Assembly (NCBI RefSeq): GCF_004010195.1
Contig: NC_057723.1
Coordinates: 79,699,243-79,740,018, forward strand
Length of the DNA stretch: 40,776 bases
Direction: 5' to 3'
Origin: Chiloscyllium plagiosum
Taxonomy: Eukaryota
The notes under the pieces are model-generated. The model was not told the DNA's origin. It saw nothing but the letters and a program-made list of their open reading frames with translations, and did no database searches. The position numbers were made by a program, and so were the translations under genes. Of this stretch, positions 36,725 through 40,776 are shown piece after piece. Each line of letters begins with the position of its first letter. The stretch's first letter is position 1.

Positions 36725-37870
36725 CAGATGGGCCAATGGGCTGAGGAGTGGCAGATGGAGTTCAATTTAGATCAATGTAAGGTGCTGCATTTTGGAAAAG
36801 CAAATCAGGGCATGACTTATACACTTAATGGTAAGATCCTAGAGAGTGTTGCTGAACAAAGAGACCTTGGAGTGCAGGTTCATAGTTCCTTGAAAGTAGA
36901 GTCGCAGTAGGTAGGTTAGTGAAGAAGGCGTTTGGTATGCTTTCCTTTATTGGTCAGTGCATTGAGTCTAGGAGTTGGGAGGTCATGTTGTGACTGTACA
37001 GGATTTTTATTAGGTCATTATTGGAATACTGTATGCAATTCTAGTCTCCCTCCTACAGAAAGGATATTGTGAAATTTGAAAGGGTTCAGAAAAACTTTGC
37101 AAGGACATGGCCAGGGTTGGAGGATTTGAGCTATAGGGAGAGGCTGAATAGGCTGGGGCTGTTTTTCTGGAGTGTCAGAGGCTGAGGGGTGTCTTACAGA
37201 GGTTTGTAAAATCATGAGGGTCATGGATAGGATAAATAGACAAAGTCTTTTCCCTGGGGTGGGGGAGTCCAGAACTAGAGGGCATAGGTTTAGGGTGAGA
37301 GGGTAAAGATATAAAAGAGACCTAAGATCAGATTACTTACAGTGTGGAAACAGGCCCTTCGGGTCCACACCGATCCTCCAAAGAGCAACCCACCCAGACC
37401 CATTCCCCTACATTTATCCCTTCACTTTACACTACGGGCAATTCACCCTGACATGCACATTTTTTTGGACTGTGGGAAGAAACCGGAGCACCCGGAGGAA
37501 ACCCACACTGACACGGGGAGAGTGTGCAAACTCCATACAGACCATTGCCGGGGGTGGGAATTGAACCCGGGTCTCTAGCACTATGAGGCAGCAGTGCTAA
37601 CCACTGAGCCACCGTGCCACCTACTAAGGGGCAACCTTTTCACACAGAGGGTGGTGCATGTATGGAATGAGCTGCTAAAGGAGGTAGTGGAGGCTGGTAC
37701 AATTGCAACATTTAAAAGGCATCTGAGTGGGTATATGAACAGGAAGGATTTGGAGGGATATGGGCCAAATGCTGGCAAATGTGACTAGATTAATTTAGGA
37801 TACCTGGTCAACATAGATGTGTTGGACTGAAGGGTCTGTTTCATTGCTGTACAGCTCTGTGACTGTATGA
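36725..37870 (+). mobile_element. CR1 3' fragment interrupted by a SINE
   Basis: MGQWAEEWQMEFNLDQCKVLHFG...; the CR1 resumes at ~37624, with CTAAG on both sides of the SINE. Confidence 0.9.
37327..37619 (-). mobile_element. HE1-type SINE nested in CR1
   Basis: Same family as 702-1013. Confidence 0.85.
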
Positions 37871-38017
37871 CACAGGTCACCAGGCAGGTACAGAACGCTT
37901 CTATGAGGGGGAAGTCTCCCTGGCTGACTAGAATTCAGTTCCAAATACTTAATTCAAAAGTAGTTACAAGAAATTAATATATAAGATAGTGTGAATGAGG
38001 CTGTTAATTGAACTTAC

Positions 38018-38335
38018 CATCTTTGCTGATTACTTTTCTGATGGGGGAAGACAGTGTTTTATGTGAAACCAGGCAGGTGTAGTGAAGACCATGAAGCCAG
38101 TGGTGTGTTGGCACTGTCAGCTCACTGATCATGGTGTAGCTGTCTTCTGATTCCATCAGTATCCCAGAGTTTGAAACCCCTGAGGACAGCTGGGTGCTGC
38201 CAACGTACCAAGACACCGAGACAGTGTCTGGATAGAAATCACTTACCACACAGACCAGTTTGCAGTCTGCCTGGAGAGAGACTTCCTCAGGCGATGGCTG
38301 AAGGAGCTCAACGGAAGGTAGTCTGGGTGTGACAG
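38018..38335 (-). CDS. IgSF receptor exon 3: first C1-set domain
   Basis: LPSVELLQPSPEEV...CKLVCVVSDFYPDTVSVSW...YTMISELTVPTHHW...YTCLVSHKTL; tctcaacccag| and G|gtaagt; 318 nt, phase 1-1. Confidence 0.92.
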
Positions 38336-39169
38336 CTGGGTTGAGAAAATAAGGAACTGTTAGTTTAATTTCCTTCGAGTGAATCTGTCGGGATTTAGCC
38401 AGTTTTACACTGTGTTTTACCGCCACACTTTCTAACCTCACTTCAGCACCTCCTCAACATGAAGTTCACTTTTGTACTTTCCAAATCACTTTCTAAGCTT
38501 TTTTTTAAAATTACTTGTCATCAACTTATTCAGAGATGTTATTGCACAAGTTGGATGAAGGAAGCTGGCCTCCTGGTCTAGAGGTGAAGACATTGCCACT
38601 TCACCTCCCCAGCTCTTCAGCTTTCGCTTGTATGTTGCAGATCGGTTTGATGCTCTATGACCCACTGGTGACTCCTGGCTCAGTTCGCCCACTAGCTAAC
38701 ATTACACAAGCATGCTTCGCATTCTGCAGCTAATACCACGGCCTCAGCGCTCGGTAAAGTCCCACCCAGGTGCCTGGGTTAGAAGGCCAATGCTGCACCC
38801 ACATTGAATGAGAGGGACAGGATGCAGCAAATACTGCACTCTAGAAATGAGCCCCTCTGAGTCCCCACTGCCAAGCCAGCTCCCTGACTGATGGCTATTC
38901 CACACAGAGGAGGCAAGAAAACTGTTTGTTGGAGCCAATCAATTTCAGCCTCCCCCCTGCAATGAGGCTCATTCTGGACTGCTTGGAGGAGAGTGCCTGT
39001 GGTATTTCCACCTCCTCCAGCCTGGGAGAGAGAGGTTGCTGATCTCTCCTGGGCTTCATAATCATAGAAACCCCACAGTGTGGAATCAGAACATTCAGCC
39101 CAATGAGTCCCATACTGACTCTCCAAAGAGCATCTCACCCAATCTCTGTAATTCTGCATTTCCCGTGGC

Positions 39170-39375
39170 TAACCCGGACACTTATGGGGCAATTTAGCAT
39201 GGCCAATCCACTCTAACCTGCACATCTTTGGACTGTGGGAAGAAACCAGAGCACACCCGTGCAGACACAGGGAGAATGTGCAAACTCCACGCAGACAGTT
39301 GCCCGAGGCTGGAATCGAACCCAGGTCCCTGATGCTGTGAGGCTGCAGTGGTAACCACTGAGCCACCATGCCACC
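39170..39375 (-). mobile_element. HE1-type SINE, 3'-truncated
   Basis: The head is the same as in the other copies. Confidence 0.8.
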
Positions 39376-39465
39376 CCAACTTGTGCATTAACTCTGCTTT
39401 CTCTTTGCACAGAGCTTTTCCAGTGATCTCTGTTTGTGTTGCTGAATTCTGAGGTTGACACTGAC

Positions 39466-39831
39466 CTGGCTTCACATTAAGGATCACCGCACAGCCACAC
39501 CATTCACTCGTCTTGACCACAGTGTCCTTACTCTGACAGTAAAACCTCCTGGAATCCTCCTTTTTGACCGTCTCGATGATTAAAGTGAGATCACTGTCAT
39601 TGGTGGCAGAGAACCGGGGCTCGAAACCGGGATGCTGGACAATGTCGGTCGATCCTGGGCTCATGGACAAGATCCATTTGATGTTGGTGGTGCCCACTGG
39701 CACGTAACCCCAGGTTAGCACGTGGTCATCCTGCTGCCTGCTGCTGAGACACCCCAGGCTCACTGTTTCACCCTCGCGGACATCGTGTACCGCCTGCAGA
39801 ATGATCAAGTTGGCGTTGGAGAGCACTGCAT
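39466..39831 (-). CDS. IgSF receptor exon 2: V-set domain including the G (J-like) strand
   Basis: VREGETVSLGC...LTWGY...PRFS...LTLIIETVKKEDSRRFYC-QSKDTVVKTSE-WCGCAVILNVKP; CT-rich tract cttgttcag| and CAG|gtcagt; 366 nt, phase 1-1. Confidence 0.92.
39518..39546 (+). promoter_or_regulatory. RSS-like motif: CACAGTG, 13-bp spacer, AGTAAAACC
   Basis: Perfect heptamer at 39518-39524; 39538-39546 matches ACAAAAACC at 7/9. Function not shown. Confidence 0.35.
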
Positions 39832-40120
39832 CTGAACAAGGGAGAGAGAGAGAGAAAAACAGCAAGTCAGGGCAGCTTGAAATATGTTACAAATGTTACG
39901 TTGGAGAGGCACAGCCAGTCAGGCAGCATCGAGGAGGAGAGGAATCAACATTTTGAGCATAAGCTCTTCATCAGAAATGCAAAGGGCTGAGGATAGAGAC
40001 AGAATAGACAGAGAATTTGGAAACCTGGTGAGCTTTTTCAGCAATCTCTGTTTATGTTTCTGATTTCCAGTGTCCACAGATCTTTTGGTTTTCGTTTTGA
40101 GAGAGAGCTTAGCTCCTTAC

Positions 40121-40166
40121 CTATCTGCCAGGCCACCAGCAACAAACTCCAACAGCGCCTCTGCAT
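40121..40166 (-). CDS. IgSF receptor exon 1: signal peptide MQRRCWSLLLVAWQI(D), continuing into AVLS
   Basis: agaATG (purine at -3), 46 nt, TAG|gtaagg, phase 1. Basic-then-hydrophobic split leader with a 289-nt intron. Too short for the ORF track. Confidence 0.85.
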
Positions 40167-40681
40167 TCTCGGCTCCCTTCACCCTGGCCCTGATCAGTTG
40201 GGAAGCTCAAGTGACTGTGTCACTGAGAGAAGTGAACAGTCAGCTCCTTCCTCATTTGTCCAAGTGCAGCAGAGAAGGGCAGGGCATGAAGGAAACTGCT
40301 CTAGAATTAACTCTTCAATTCATCTCAAACACAACCACCAACCCTTCCCTGTACGGAAAGCAAAAAGAAAACAGTGGAAATCACAACAGGTCAGGCAGCT
40401 TGCTTTCTCTCTCTCTCTCTTTCCCTCTCTGGATGCTGCCTGACTCACTGTTATCTCCAGCATTTGCTGTTCTCAGTACAGACTCCATCGTCTGCTGTAA
40501 TTAGTCCCAAAGTTGCATGACTCCTTGCCCTTGGAGGTGACCCAACCTCCACTCCACTCAGAGATGTCAGAGCAAGGGCCTGACCTGCAGAGAGTGGGCT
40601 GCACTCTCACTAAGTTCAGGAAAGCTCAGACAATTCTGGCCACACCAAAAAAAGATCCTGAGGTTCCAGCTGCTTCCCACA

Positions 40682-40776
40682 TTAACACCCCACCCTATTC
40701 CCACTTTAACAACCACCCCGTTCCCCCTTTAACACCCCACCCTGTTCCCCCTTTAACTCCCAACTCAGTTCCCTCT
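40682..40776. repeat. About 4 copies of a ~23-25-bp C-rich tandem repeat, running off the window end
   Basis: TTAACACCCC(C)ACCCT(A/G)TTCCC(A/C)CT repeated. Confidence 0.75.

Noticed and set aside
39074-39080. CACAGTG in the V-C1 intron (other bare heptamers at ~321, 1002, 1751, 27695, 32206, 34221)
   Set aside because: For 39074 there is no nonamer at 12 or 23 bp. The others have no V/J context and were treated as background.
26901-40166. Calling the gene IgM, IgW, IgNAR, IgM1gj or TCR
   Set aside because: The V lacks VH/TCR framework motifs and WGxG/FGxG, no D/J cluster was seen, the TM lacks the IgH FLLSLFYS-type motif and the TCR Lys, and no octamer was seen in 40167-40776. No symbol assigned.
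40167-40380. Promoter motifs (GAGGAA ETS/PU.1-like at 40248-40253, partial RUNX-like AACCAC)
   Set aside because: Six-base matches are expected by chance and the transcription start is unknown.
40054-40504. 129- and 144-aa + strand ORFs
   Set aside because: Antisense to the leader exon and promoter, running into a CT repeat and a Penelope stub; no recognisable domain.

Overview
Eukaryotic genomic DNA, very probably from a cartilaginous fish (inferred from HE1-type tRNA SINEs, CR1/HER1-type LINEs and Penelope elements). Two genes converge tail-to-tail. (1) On +, the last two coding exons (1665-1786, 3664-3729) and a long, repeat-free probable 3' UTR of a matrin-3-family gene. (2) On -, a nearly complete immunoglobulin-superfamily receptor gene built by hand from splice sites: leader (40121-40166), one V exon that already contains its G/J strand (39466-39831), three antibody-like C1 exons (38018-38335, 32928-33242, 27454-27774), a TM exon (26901-27032) and probable small cytoplasmic exons. 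All junctions from leader through TM are phase 1 and the 499-codon frame is open. It looks like a non-rearranging, heavy-chain-shaped V-C1-C1-C1-TM receptor. It has a Cys-Gly-Cys G strand, an Arg at the start of the TM, and an RSS-like signal (perfect heptamer, 13-bp spacer, 7/9 nonamer) inside the CDR3-equivalent, directly in front of a 52-nt J-like segment. The rest is transposon-rich: CR1 and Rex/Babar LINE fragments, SINEs, three Penelope families with hammerhead-ribozyme cores, fold-back mini-elements with TSDs, a 36-bp VNTR and an inverted duplication. Repeat boundaries are approximate. No database search was run; reference motifs are recalled from general knowledge.
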